A stretch of 61,433 nucleotides of DNA, filler included, from Choristocarpus tenellus KU-1152 (GCA_964200185.2; 9 parts of 9 records of this genome joined end to end with filler, not necessarily neighbours in it); one strand, 5' to 3'; positions 36,521 through 48,640 are shown, counted from the whole stretch's first letter. The notes: generated by a model from the sequence alone, not told the origin. Numbers and translations are program-made.

Positions 36521-39154
36521 ACCAATCTCTTGTGATAATTTCTCTGCTGAGCTTCTCTTTTTCTCAAAAGGGGAAGGGAACTGGGTTCATTTGCCAAGAA
36601 TAGGGTACTCATTTTTGGTGGTAGTGTTGATGGTAGCAGTTTATAACTAGCAGGTGTAAGGACTTAACCTAGATGTCATAGAATACATGTGGATATATGC
36701 CCCTTCTCGAACTAGCTACAGTATTTGATGCTGGAGATGATCCTTGAATTGTGCTATTCTTTCTCTCTTTATTGTTTTGTTGTCTCAGTGGGACTTGACG
36801 GACCTGCTCTTTTTTGGCTCATACGTCCTGTTCTTTTTGCTCTCTCTTGCATTGAATTTCTGACGACTGACTTGCACTGGGGACCACCACCTCTTGATTA
36901 ACCTCCACTATAATATGCTTAGAAACTTTGTTACACACATTTTCGAAAATTGAGCCCCAACTCTAAACCTAACCCCACATCAAAGTTGTGTGTGAAGATT
37001 GTCCCTAACCCGACGAGGAAAATTTATGATAGAAGTTTCGTGCTGTGGTGGAGCAGTACAGTGTACAATAGGAACCACCGCCTCCAAACGATCCACCACC
37101 ATCTCTTTTTCGCGTTTCACACACACTTTTTTGAAACCTAACCCCAGCCCTAACCCTTGCCCTCACCTGTGTGTGACAAGTAACCCTTACCTTTGTGTGA
37201 AGAAGTGACAAACGTATGGCAGTGGTGGTTTCCCAGTTCACCTTACCACACAGGTTCAAGTATGCTGCATGTTATTGCTTCCTTTTCCTTGGAAAAATCT
37301 CTGCCGATTGTTTCTTCTTTCAAGCGTCACTTCATCTTCACACTTCAAACAAATATGTGATAATCAAACAGGAGAAAGGGGAGGAGCACAGTTTTTAAAA
37401 ATGACTAAATCTCAGTATAAAGTACTCAGAGAGTAAACAACAATTTGTCATAAATGTGAACAGGGTTTCAGCACATCAGAAAGGGAGAGGTGCAGGGGTG
37501 CCTGCCACGAGCTACTTCTGTTAAAAATATGAAATCACAAAAGTACACATGGGTATTCCACATACAGACGAATAGATGTCTGTAGTGACACAAGTAACCC
37601 TGTCATGGCACATCATGCCCTTCAAGGTGGAGACACCAACTGGACTGGTGGGTCAGACGGGATCAGAAAAAATCCTGGAATTATTCCCTTCGCTTTCTAG
37701 ACTGCCTTGGTGACACTCTAGCAGTACCTGCTAATCACCATGTCTTTCTTGTTTTGTTTGGATATGCTATAGCAACTACTTCCGTTGTTTGCTTTAGCAG
37801 AGTGTTTTACTACTACTTTGTATGGGAAGGAGTCTGTTTCTTGTACAAAATACTCCATAGTCCCACCACGTAGTATAGTACAACTAGGCACTTTTGTTGT
37901 GCCGTACAAACAAATACACTCTGTTGTTGTATTTGGTGAGTTCTCAAGTAGTGTATGTTGCCTCTTTCCCCCGCGTGACGAACATCTTTCAAATCTTGTT
38001 GGCTTAAAATAATAATACGCATTAAATGATGGAGATTTGAATATACATTGCAGTAGATCACCCAGCAGTGAAATATATGGGGACTGCTGTAGTTGAAGAT
38101 ACAGTATGACTGAGCAAGGAACTACTAAATGTTATACTAGTACTAGTGGATATTTCACCGTCAACGGTAACATTCGTTCTGTCTCATTGTCCCGACAGAC
38201 CCAATTCTGCAGTCTGCTGAGAGCACCCAGTACTGATGAGGAATGGACAAAGGGGGTCCATATCCCCTCTGTTTTAGTTCCAAAAGGGATAAAGGTTAGT
38301 GCAAGAGAAAAATGAGCCATCATCTGTATGGAAGAACCTAGCAATATATTTAGGTGGATTGGTCAACCTTTGTTATGAAAGCACATTACCAGAAGAAGGG
38401 GAAATGGAGGTCATGGTGCTAATAGATCGTGTGCTGCAGCTATACATAACGATACACACACCTAATGCTGCTGCTGCAGCTGCTACTACTACTATTAATA
38501 ATAATAGTAATGACAATAATAATAGTGATAATGTTAATAATGATAAGAGTAATAATAATACTAAAAATATTAATGAAAATAAACATATTAATAATAATGA
38601 AAACGATGAAAACCATAACATGTTTTTACAGCACACTCCAAAGCTTACCTCCACAAGATGTATAGCTCCAGTCCACAAGCCTACAGATCGCGCTGATGCA
38701 CGTACAGGACTCCTGATGCACATGTCGTCAAGAATGCTGGATCTCTCACTTGGATTATTCCGTAAGTATCAATATCATGGTATGAAAATGAACTAGCGAA
38801 CAATGAAAACATTGTACTAGCAGTTAGATAAACGCGGTGCATGCATTTCCCCCCATTGGGATGTAGTGTGTTTCATCATCAACAAGGGGATGATGTGTGG
38901 TCCATTCCTCACGTGGACACCATCAAAGGGGGAAGGACCCGCAGGCGAATTCCATTATCATGACTATTATATCTCATCGGGGAGCATAATGATCAAATAA
39001 TAAATAAATAGTCAAGAAGTACACATATACAAAATCTAGGACTTCAAAGTCATATGAAACCATCAAGACATATATATGTCCTGTAACAAAATAATGATAA
39101 TGACAACGATAAAAATATTGATATAATAATAATGATAATATTGATTATGATAAT

Positions 39155-39227
39155 GATGATAATATGTCAGTGATAGACTGTATGCTTTGCAAGCTTAAAG
39201 TCGGCGGTTCGATTCTGTCTATCTCCA
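39155..39227 (+). tRNA. trnA: Mitochondrial-type tRNA-Ala(UGC), 5'-eroded, probable NUMT pseudogene
   Basis: Anticodon loop TT-TGC-AA, T arm GGCGG-TTCGATT-CTGTC, 3' TATCTCCA; 5' acceptor strand not intact. Confidence 0.6.
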
Positions 39228-39238
39228 AAATAATTATG

Positions 39239-39322
39239 GGATAAATGACTGAGTGGTCTAAGGTATTAGTCTTGACAACTAACGCAGCAAACCTGTCGAG
39301 GGTTCGAATACTACTTTACCCT
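39239..39322 (+). tRNA. trnS: Mitochondrial-type tRNA-Ser(UGA), probable NUMT pseudogene
   Basis: D loop GAGTGGTCTAAG, anticodon arm TTAGT-CTTGACA-ACTAA, long variable arm, GGTTCGAAT; T-stem mismatches. Confidence 0.8.
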
Positions 39323-39338
39323 GCTTTTAAAAAACATT

Positions 39339-39426
39339 AGAGGTGTGGCTGAGAGCTTTAAAGCTTTGATTTGCTGAATCAATTTGCATTTAAAGTGTAG
39401 CGAAGGTTCGAATCCTATCATCTCAT
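39339..39426 (+). tRNA. trnS: Mitochondrial-type tRNA-Ser(GCU), probable NUMT pseudogene
   Basis: Anticodon arm TTGAT-TTGCTGA-ATCAA, long variable arm, GGTTCGAATCC, acceptor GAGGTG/CATCTC. Confidence 0.8.
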
Positions 39427-39444
39427 TTTTTTTACAATAAACGT

Positions 39445-39515
39445 AGGAGTATAACTCAGAGGTAGTGTGTGTGCCTTACAAGCATGAAGACAGCGGTTCG
39501 ATATCGTTTACTCTT
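39445..39515 (+). tRNA. trnV: Mitochondrial-type tRNA-Val(UAC), probable NUMT pseudogene
   Basis: AGGAGTA/TACTCTT acceptor, TAACTCAG..GGTAG, anticodon arm TGTGC-CTTACAA-GCATG, GGTTCGAT. Confidence 0.8.
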
Positions 39516-39516
39516 A

Positions 39517-39555
39517 AAGCTTGAAGTGGATGCCTTGGAAGCAAGAAATAGAGAT
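39517..39555 (+). rRNA. rnl: 5' end of organellar large-subunit rRNA (fragment)
   Basis: GTGGATGCCTTGG is the conserved 5' motif of bacterial/organellar 23S-type rRNA; lies directly after trnV. Confidence 0.65.
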
Positions 39556-39655
39556 NNNNNNNNNNNNNNNNNNNNNNNNNNNNNNNNNNNNNNNNNNNNT
39601 TAATTAATTAANNNNNNNNNNNNNNNNNNNNNNNNNNNNNNNNNNNNNNNNNNNN
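39556..39655. other. Artificial contig linker
   Basis: N44-TTAATTAATTAA-N44. Confidence 0.97.
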
Positions 39656-39749
39656 CACGTGTCGGATTTGAAATGTCAGCAAAAAAATAGTTGTTTGACC
39701 GAAACGGGCACCCCCTCACAACCCCCCCCCTCCCCAGATACTTTGAGTC
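39656..39749. mobile_element. MITE subfamily D, right part
   Basis: CCCCCCCCTCCCCAGATACTTTGAGTC with D-like interior. Confidence 0.7.
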
Positions 39750-41007
39750 AATGATTCAATGAACTCGATTGAATTGAAGTGCACACGAAGTTCTGACCAG
39801 TGAAAGGTGGCCATGATGAAACACCGAGCTCTACGAGGAAGTTAAAAAAAAAAGAAAAACATATCGCTCAGTCCATGTACATGTTATAAAAATAGTTGGT
39901 AATTGAAAAAAAAATAACTTTAGGATCTCGACTGTTCTTAGAGTATAAACCTATCAACACGATTGAATCATCGCGATTCATAAAAACCAATTTATTACCC
40001 TGCGTTACACGAGACCCTCAAGAATAATGCTGTTTATACACTTCATACAGGAGAGTGACGAGACTTGTGAATAACATAAAGATGCAAACCACTTACCCTG
40101 AGAGAACAATATAAACTCAATAGTCAGCATGAAGAATTTATAGTGAAATAAATTGGCCTGGGGGGCCTTGCTAGTAACAAGCATCAACGTTTCTCCAAAA
40201 AAGTATGTTACTAAGGGAAGACATTGAATAGATTAAGGACTGTTCCAGGAATTTTCGAAACCGGTCTGGGTTGTGCTCAGGAATGGGTGTTTTGTTGTCC
40301 AGGTCCCGCACAGAATTCTGTGCTCAGGATAATAAATATGGTGTAGGATTCTAAGCGTTATTTACAGGGGGTTCTGTGGACAAGACAAGAGATATGTATG
40401 TGTGGGATTGTTTTTGGAAGGTGTGGAATAGGGGAACGGGAGAGTATTGTGAAGAGAGGAAGAGGGCATTGGTGCCCGTCTTCTGAAAGGTGGTTATTGC
40501 GGTCATTTTTTCATAACCGACATCTGCACTGTCATGTGCTCGTACTCTCCGGAGTATGTGATACTTATCTATGGATTTTGAAGTATGGATTTTTTATACA
40601 ATGACCTTCCCGCATTTCTTCTCTTCACCAATAACTTAGATAGGTGACTCTCGTTTTCTTATCAATATTTGAAAAAATCAGATGGGTTCAAATATTGGCT
40701 GGACGGCCTTTCTCAACTCCCTACAGCAGGAGGATAGATAACTTTCTGAGTGAGTCTGCCAACTCTATCCTGGTTGAAATCTATGAAACATTCGGTGAAG
40801 GGTAAACCCCAAGAAACCCTAACTAGATGCTAACTGCACCCTCCACTCTATCCTGGCTGAAGTTCAAAAGCTACATCAGGTAAGTCCTTGGCTCTTACCA
40901 ATTTCGAAATACCTATTCTAAACTGAAGAATGCTTGGAACCCTCTCCTGTTTGAATCCTTGACCATGTTACCTTGTTTGTGTGTCTATCCGTCACCAAAC
41001 ATTACAG

Positions 41008-42516
41008 GGACTTGAGATTTCTCGTGCAAAGGCCCTGTCCAAGATGCGAGCAATCCAAGCCAACATAAAAAGAAAGGTGTGGGAGCATCAGCAGCACCAC
41101 CTATACAAGCACCAACAACCCCATCCAAGCTTCCAGATACGAAACAAAGTTGAAGGAGGGGCCGCTCCTAGTGATTCCCCAGCAGAGTTTCTCAAGACCC
41201 CTAGGGCAGGGACTGAGGTAGAGTCATCAGCGATAGGGATGAAATGCGGAGGAGGGACTGTTTCCACTACCAGTACCACCTCACCGAGGAGTCCAAGGCT
41301 AAGTCCATTTGAGCTGTGTCTACTTGCACGTTCAGGTGGGGATGGAGAGGTGTTATCGGTCCAGGCAGAGCTTGTGTCTCGCTGCAGATTGTCGCTGGAG
41401 GCGAGGCAGAGTGGGCTTGAGCATGAGTGCCGATGGTTCTTGTGGATCCTTTCTGCCATTCAAGACAAACCTCCTTCAACTCCTTGTCCTGCTCCTGGGA
41501 AGGTGGGGACAAATCAGAAGACGGACAATATTTTGACACAGCAGGAGGTGAGCAGGAAGGTGAATGCGTTTGGAGCAGAGGTGGGAGTGGGGGAGGAGGG
41601 AGGAAGAGGGATTGAGAGGAAGGGGGGGCAGCTCAAGGGTCAGTTAGAGGCAAGGTGGGAGAGCTATTCAAGAGCTGGGCGTTTCCAGCAGCAACTCGAA
41701 CATCGGCTTCATACTGCTGCAGAGGCTCGTGAGAGGAGGTTTGGGGGAAAGATTACCCCCACCAGGCAAAGGAAATCATTGATGTCGCGGTGTACTCAAC
41801 TGCCTACGGTTGTGAGTATGGAAAGTGGTAGGGATGACAATAATTGTACACCTTTTCGTGGCAAGGCCTGTGATCTGGAGATTCAGAATGAGTGTGGGCC
41901 TTGCCTGCAGGGGGGGTTGCAGTCTCCTGCAAGCAGTTTCCCAGTACACCAGGAGGGTTCACATTTTTCACCGGAGGCTGCTACATTGTTGCCATCCTGG
42001 GTGGAAGTGAGACATATAGGTGAAGGAGTGGATGCCCGTCTTGGATGCCATGCTCAGATTGAAGCATTGCAAGAGATGCACCCATGGGAACTTGTGACTT
42101 TGCAAAATTGCCGGCGGTTACATGAGGAGAAGCAGAGGTTGAGTCATGGGGATGGAGAACAGGAGAAGATTGAAAAGGCTCGATTGGCCTGTAGGAGACA
42201 GGGAATGGATCACACCAATAGCTACTCTGCAGCCTCTGTTTTGGACAAGACACGGTCTGCAACAGTTACTAAAGTCCTGGGCGCACATGAGGGAGATCCT
42301 CAACACTTAGGGACATTCAATCCTAGTAGTACGGGTGAAAACATTGTGACAAAAGAGATGGCAAGATCATGGGCGACAAGGAAGGAGGAGATTATCTTTG
42401 TAGGGAAGGAAGAGCTTGAGCGTGCACGTGAGATTCGTGTGCAAAAATTAGCAGGACTTTTGGCCATCTGTAAGGACTTCATGCCCCTTGAGGCTAGGGT
42501 AGCAGGCATGAAATAG
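41008..42516 (+). CDS. Large terminal exon of an uncharacterised protein (helical and low-complexity segments)
   Basis: About 500 open codons, acceptor ttacag|GGA, stop TAG; no recognisable domain. Confidence 0.7.
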   Translation, partial: GLEISRAKALSKMRAIQANIKRKVWEHQQHHLYKHQQPHPSFQIRNKVEGGAAPSDSPAEFLKTPRAGTEVESSAIGMKCGGGTVSTTSTTSPRSPRLSPFELCLLARSGGDGEVLSVQAELVSRCRLSLEARQSGLEHECRWFLWILSAIQDKPPSTPCPAPGKVGTNQKTDNILTQQEVSRKVNAFGAEVGVGEEGGRGIERKGGQLKGQLEARWESYSRAGRFQQQLEHRLHTAAEARERRFGGKITPTRQRKSLMSRCTQLPTVVSMESGRDDNNCTPFRGKACDLEIQNECGPCLQGGLQSPASSFPVHQEGSHFSPEAATLLPSWVEVRHIGEGVDARLGCHAQIEALQEMHPWELVTLQNCRRLHEEKQRLSHGDGEQEKIEKARLACRRQGMDHTNSYSAASVLDKTRSATVTKVLGAHEGDPQHLGTFNPSSTGENIVTKEMARSWATRKEEIIFVGKEELERAREIRVQKLAGLLAICKDFMPLEARVAGMK

Positions 42517-43658
42517 TGCATGAAATAGTGCATGAATATATATATATATATTACTATGTGTGTTTCTAGAAGCATCGAGTAGTTTAAAGCCTAGGTAAGA
42601 CCTAATCTCTATCGTTGAGGGAATCTTTCTGCAAAACAAGATGCAAGGTTGAGACTTTTTCGTTTTGGCTCATTGACAAAAGTATTTTCTCGAAAACGAG
42701 GTGACTAATTTGCTGTAATATACTCCGAGTTAGATTTATCTGAGATGGCATAAGCTACTCAAGGCCCCTTACCCCCCGGCCTTCCCACAAAAGGTCCTGT
42801 ATCTGGGAACTCATCTTGTAGTAATTTGTCTTTTGTCAATAGACTAGGCTTAATAATTAACCAAGACATGTTTGAGGATGTTGTGTTGGAAGGCAGGCAG
42901 ATTTTGGGCAAGAAGTGGGATTACTTCGGAATTTATGGAGAGGATACAATCATGTGGAGTGTGTGAATGTGCTTTCGCAAGGGTGTGTGCATTGTTTCAG
43001 CATATTCAATTTTTTTGTATGCAGAGTACTTGCTTCTTCTTAGCGACACTTTACTATAGACTTTGTCTACAAATGTCATTGCTGTGGTGTGTCTCTGTTC
43101 CATTGTCGATCAATTCAAATATCATTGGAGTTGTGAGCCCGACAACTTGATATTTTTTTCAGTTGATATTGTGGTTTATTATGCACAATCCGAAATTGTT
43201 AGGACCGAATGCAGGTTATAAGTAATGAGATTAATAACCCGCCATATCAAAGATGTGCATGCTTGCATTGCTCACACTATTTCTACCATGTCTCCAATAT
43301 TCACTCCATGTTAGGAAAACCAAGGCAGGAGAAGCAGTTTTTACTGGGTACGAATTGTACGCCGGACTGATTTGCATTAAGAATTTTTGAAACCATTCGC
43401 ATGATGGGGCAGATTAACTTAGTATGGAGAGGTGGGACGGGAGAGGGACAGGATATTCTAGGAGGCGTTGTCGGTGGGTGCAAAGTTGTAAATACACCAT
43501 AACTGTGTGCTGTACATACTCCGGAGTATAGTACCTCTTCACAGAATTATGTAGGGTGTCCAGGTAACTCAGTGGATGATGCACTAATTTAGCAGGGTCA
43601 AAACCCTTGACGCAACACTTCTTGCAAGGAAATCTTCGTTCTATGTTGTATCCTCTCT

Positions 43659-43920
43659 AAGGCAAAGTAAGCAAGAGGTACCTTGGAGTTGCATTTTAAG
43701 CAAATATGTGCGAAATTCGGCAATTTTTCAAATGCGTATAGGATATTTCCGAATTATATCAAGAAATTTCAAGCAATAGAGAAATCAACCCTCTCAAGCC
43801 AAACATAGACACTTCATCCATAGAAATATGGGTAAATTGCAAGAGATTGAAGCACTGGCTTATAATGTAAGACGGCCAAAAGCACTGGCTTATAATGTAA
43901 GACGGCCAAAAGCTGGGCAC
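43659..43920. mobile_element. MITE subfamily A, degenerate, right TIR lost, internal 30-bp tandem duplication
   Basis: GGCAAAGTAAGCAAGAGGTACC..GAGTTGCATTTTAAG; AGCACTGGCTTATAATGTAAGACGGCCAAA twice at 43851-43910. Confidence 0.75.
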
Positions 43921-44301
43921 AAGACTAAGGCGGGTCTAGCATCAAGATCCGATTGAGAAAATAGAATGTTCTAAATTCAGAGTCACTCATTGAAACACCC
44001 AGAGTAACGTTTCCTTAAAATGGAATATTTTGGCCGTTCTATTCTCATGTATAGTGTAGCTAGTTGCTGGTGGGAAGCTTGTTGACATGAGACCTGGTCT
44101 GGTACCGTGTTAAGCGTGTTCACATGCTCTATTTTCCTTTTATGGCCCTTAAAACGCACTATGTTGCCTTAGTGTACCTATCCTACTCTGTGTCGTGTGC
44201 AGTTTCATTGTGTGGTGCATATATTCTACTTATTTTCCACCTAATCCTAAGTTTGGAATGATCTCCTTTCCAATTTTCTGATGTGTGATACCTTCGTATT
44301 T

Positions 44302-44346
<45 letters not shown>

Positions 44347-44699
44347 CAATTGTAAAACGTAGCAACTACTGAAACAACAGAATGTATATATATATATGTA
44401 TGTATGTATAGATGCCAACCAGAGGATAAAGAATAGAAGAGTGTTGGAGGAATGAGAAAGGAAGCGTCATGATCGATACTTTCCGCACATCACCATACAT
44501 CTTACAGGACAAGTGAATGAAGGTGCAGTAGGGTCAGTGACATGTATGTGCGGAGTGTGTTGCACGATACAAACACCAAAAATAAAAATATATATATTGC
44601 ATACCTCCTCCATAAAATCACACATGTGAAAACACGTGCAGGAATTACAGACTACATCATATATATATCACTATTACATCTCCCATAGATATTCTGGTC

Positions 44700-46040
44700 T
44701 ATTTAACTGTTTTTTGCTTTATTCTGGTGACGGGTCTAGTTGAAATAGTTACATCTGAGCCCAATATGGAAGCACAGACGACTCTTGAGGTTAGCGTATG
44801 TGTGATGAAAGTATCTCTAATTGTCCCCACTATCAAAGATGTACGAGTGGAGGGGAAGAAAGCAGTGAAGGCCTGCAGCACCCGATTGGAAGGAGAAAAT
44901 GTTGTATGACAGTGTGCAACATCATGTCATCTGATTTTGTTAACTACTTTGGTACAGGGAGGAATATTGCCCAGTACTCTGAGGGTGAGAACAGACAGAC
45001 CAAAGGATTTAAGTACAAGCACGTCCTTGCTACTTGTCTGGACCCCTTAACCATTGTCCTTACAAGATTCCTGAGAATGAGAACATGAAGAAATTTGGAG
45101 GCAAGTGGAGTTGAAAGTTCCGCCATTGTGGAGGAGGAACATACAGGAGGAAGAGAATAGTCCACCAGTGGTAGACTAAGCCCAAGTCCACGTACCGACC
45201 ATCATAAGCAAAGGGCAGGCATTGTGGAAGAGGAGCACAGAGCAAAGGAGGAATAGAATAGTCCACCAGTGGTGGAACCAAGCCCATGACAATGTACCGT
45301 CCATATCTTAAAGCTCGGGAAGCCATTTCCCCCACAAAGACACAAAGAGTTTCCCCTGTAACGTGTAGGAGTTCAGAGTCAAAGTAAACGAGAGATGCCC
45401 AGAGTTGCATTTTAAGGATGCTGACAAATATGTGCAAAATTCAGCTTTTTATGTAAGTGTGCAGGATAATTTCTTAATTATGTCGGAGACGTTTCAAACA
45501 ATAGAGAAGTAAACGCTCTCAAGTCAAACTTAGAACTTCCTCCGTAGAATTATGGGTGAATTGCAACAGATTAAAAAATAGACTTAAGATTCAAAACAGT
45601 CAAAATCTGGGCACCTCTCGTCTACTTTGGTTCTCACCTGTGGGGGTGGGATATTGAAACAGAAGGTCTGGGAGCACAAGGAGGAGGCAGTATATGTAGA
45701 GGCCGATACCTTCAAGGTTGCAGAAGGACTCCAAATAATTGATATGGACAGTGGAGCTTACAACAACCAGCTCAAGTGGTGGCGGGAAAAAAGCTCAAAA
45801 TTCCCATGCCTAACCAAACTTGCCCGACCCTTTTTGGCCATTACTGCTACGCAAGCAGAAACAGAGTGCATGTTCTCAACTACTGGGAGTATTGTGCTCT
45901 GCAACCGGAGAAGACCAGACCCAGCTCATGTGCGTCTCCTTGTCTTCCTTCGCAACACGTGGATGAAGGTGGATAAATGGGAGGCTGCGAAGAAAGGCAA
46001 CAGAAAGGATACTACCCAGTGCCTAAACAGCAATGTGTAG
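44700..46040 (+). mobile_element. hAT transposase relic with C-terminal dimerisation domain, interrupted by a MITE
   Basis: LATCLDP (LDPR-like); LKWWREKSSKFPCLTKLARPFLAITATQAETECMFSTTG..RRRPDPAHVRLLVFLRN is a classic hAT dimerisation domain. Confidence 0.85.
45376..45633. mobile_element. MITE subfamily A (about 258 bp), TSD TCA, nested in the hAT relic
   Basis: tca|GAGTCAAAGTAAACGAGAG ... CTCTCGTCTACTTTGGTTC|tca. Confidence 0.9.
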
Positions 46041-46189
46041 CCACACATACATACCACATAGATAAAAAGACCTTGGTGTGAAGCAAGTGTTGAGTAGTAA
46101 ATATCTTAATCCATTGTGTCCTGACAACTGTTCAGTCCTTTTTTCGTGCATGGTTCAATTATAATCAAGTATGCCGAAATATTTTAAGC

Positions 46190-46440
46190 TGACACCAGGG
46201 AGATGGGCAAGGAGGGGCTTGTTAGATTCTTGGGATGCTTCCCTAGCTCCTCACCCTGGGTGCAGGACTAACCTAAGTTGGAGGCACAGGAAGGCAGTGG
46301 TGCAGCATAGCTGATAGTAAAATAGTAAATAGATGAAGATATTTCACATTTACGACAAGTGTTAATCTTTTAATGATTTTCTTAGATGTGAATAGTTTTC
46401 ATTGGTTTTTCCCCTGACACATCTACAAAATGTCAGAGGG
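46190..46440. repeat. Dispersed repeat family E, copy 2
   Basis: Shared blocks with 14770-15060; 3' hairpin CCCTGACA..TGTCAGAGGG. Confidence 0.7.
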
Positions 46441-47049
46441 CATAATAATAAAGTTCACAACTCACCACTATGATGTAAATACGTATAAAGTTGCGTATGA
46501 CGTAAGAAAGATATTGGGAGGTATGAGAAATCCCATATATTATACCATTTTAATATGCCTTACAAGGTTTTGAACCCCAGGTTTTTTGCTATTTGTTCTA
46601 TATTATTGGTTCTTTTCCGGTCTATTGAAGCCGCTTTGTTCTATTTCGGTGTATGGATGCAACGTGCACACGGAGGAAGCCTGGCGCTCGCACGTCCGGA
46701 AGTATATACACTATGGTACGACGAAAACCGTATACCACGTATATTACGTAGGTATGATGATGGTTGGCCTCACATAATTAACATCTAATCTAGTTTGAGG
46801 GTCCTCCACATTCATTTGTCCGTCTAAGAATACAAACAAAATCTGGAGGCGTTGGCGACGTAATAGGACCACTTCGCTACCTGGTAAATATAATAGTTTG
46901 TAGAATATTTTTACCGAGCGAAGCAAAGCCTTTCTTGTATCTCAAGGAATAGCTTCGGGGGGAGGAATGAAGCACTGCTTGAGTTTTTTGCATGTTTGTT
47001 TTGGACGCTTGGGAAGATGATTTAACACCAAATCAATCCCATCGGGCTA

Positions 47050-48640
47050 TTGCTCTAACTTTTGGGTGGGGAGAAAGATATGAAGTGATGGATCAAAGGT
47101 CAAGATTCTCGACTGCTCAGTGAGGAGACAAAGGTGTCTTGGCAGGCCTCGATTGTTAGGAATGGCTTTATATATGTGTGGAAACATTTCTACGTACACT
47201 GCATCAAAGTATGATATGATACCACCCACTCCACTAATCCACCAATCCACACAACCTGACATGAAGGTGACAACCAAACATAAACCATTAACCTGTAAGT
47301 CTCATGTCCACGAGGCGACAATGATTCAGCAGTGCTATCATTTTCTGGCATCATCATTGGTGTGAGATGCGGTGTATCAAAATATCCTTATGCAATTATT
47401 TCCGATATCTCGAATTAGCGTTCAAGGACGCCAGCCAACACAAAACCTCGCTAGCAGGGAGTCAAGTGTCGAAGAATAGCTGTCACCTGACATTATTAGC
47501 TCTGGTACCGCTGTTTTGTGCAGAACATCGCACGGTGGCAATCTGGACGATCTCTCAAGTACCACATGATGTTTGATGCAAATATGTGAGGGCAGAACAA
47601 AAACAGTTCAGAAATGCCAGCAACATTCATGATTTCAAACCCCTTGTACGCCAGACTTTTAAATGGAGACATTTTTTCAGGCAAGAATAGAAGCAGGAGG
47701 TGTTTGAGAATGGTTGCAGGATCCTCAATCAAAGTATTAATAATATGGTCAGTAAGTTCTACAACAGGTAGACCTTGTTGTTCCAATCAAACCCTACACA
47801 CACAAATAATGCATCAGATAGGAAAACAAGCAAGTAGATCTCCAATACACTTCTTGACGCATGATCAAGTAAACCGCATCAGATCTTGTCCAGATGCAAC
47901 CTCAATCTCCAGAATAACTGCCCAGTGTCTCAATCTTGCCTTCTGACAACCACCAACCCTAATCAATCTCACGTATTGTGATGCAATAACAAACAACACT
48001 ACATCTCTTCCATCATGAGGCATGGCAAAAGAGTGTGAGCAGGTCGACAGGGCAAAGAGTGCAGGATGGTGAAGTCTATGACAACCCCGAATCGAATTCT
48101 AACAACCAATAACATTATGTGTCTGCACAACTCAAAAGTGTCTATGCTGGCCCTGTGGACATCAACATGAGCCCCAAACATGGCTTATGGCACGAAATCG
48201 ACCCTGACAGACATTCCTGCCAAGCCAAAGTGGCGTGTGCCTTGATGGTCGAAACCCTAGTCCGCATGGCTTAAAGTGAGCCATCGACTGCTCAGTAGGT
48301 GCTGCTGCTGTAAGACATATTAGTACAGCTAACAATCTCTGTGGAAAAAGGAAAGCATAGATCCATCTACTCGAATCAAGTTCCAACACCCACCTATTAT
48401 TGGAACTACTCCAAGTTACAATATCCAAATCGACATCAGGATCTGTATCCCCAGATGTGTGGGTGATAGTGAGAATTGTGCTGCTGGTAGAACACCTAAG
48501 TACGGTAAACCTGTGACCCAGCCTATATAGATTCTCCCCAGAAATCCAAAGAAACAAAAAAGGATGGGCCCAAACATGACAAAGAAACAAAATCAAGACA
48601 GGGAGGCAGCAGTTGTACGTTGTCAATATTGTACTGTACT
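47050..48640 (-). mobile_element. Possible degenerate LINE ORF2 relic
   Basis: Fragments PFKSLAYKGF (KSPGxDGF-like) and IPNNRGLPRHLCL (RGVxQGCPL-like) in the expected order; heavily decayed. Confidence 0.3.

Noticed and set aside
39155-39515. Functional nuclear tRNA cluster or phage tRNA array
   Set aside because: Stem mismatches, AT-rich organellar style and the adjoining LSU rRNA 5' motif favour an organellar remnant.
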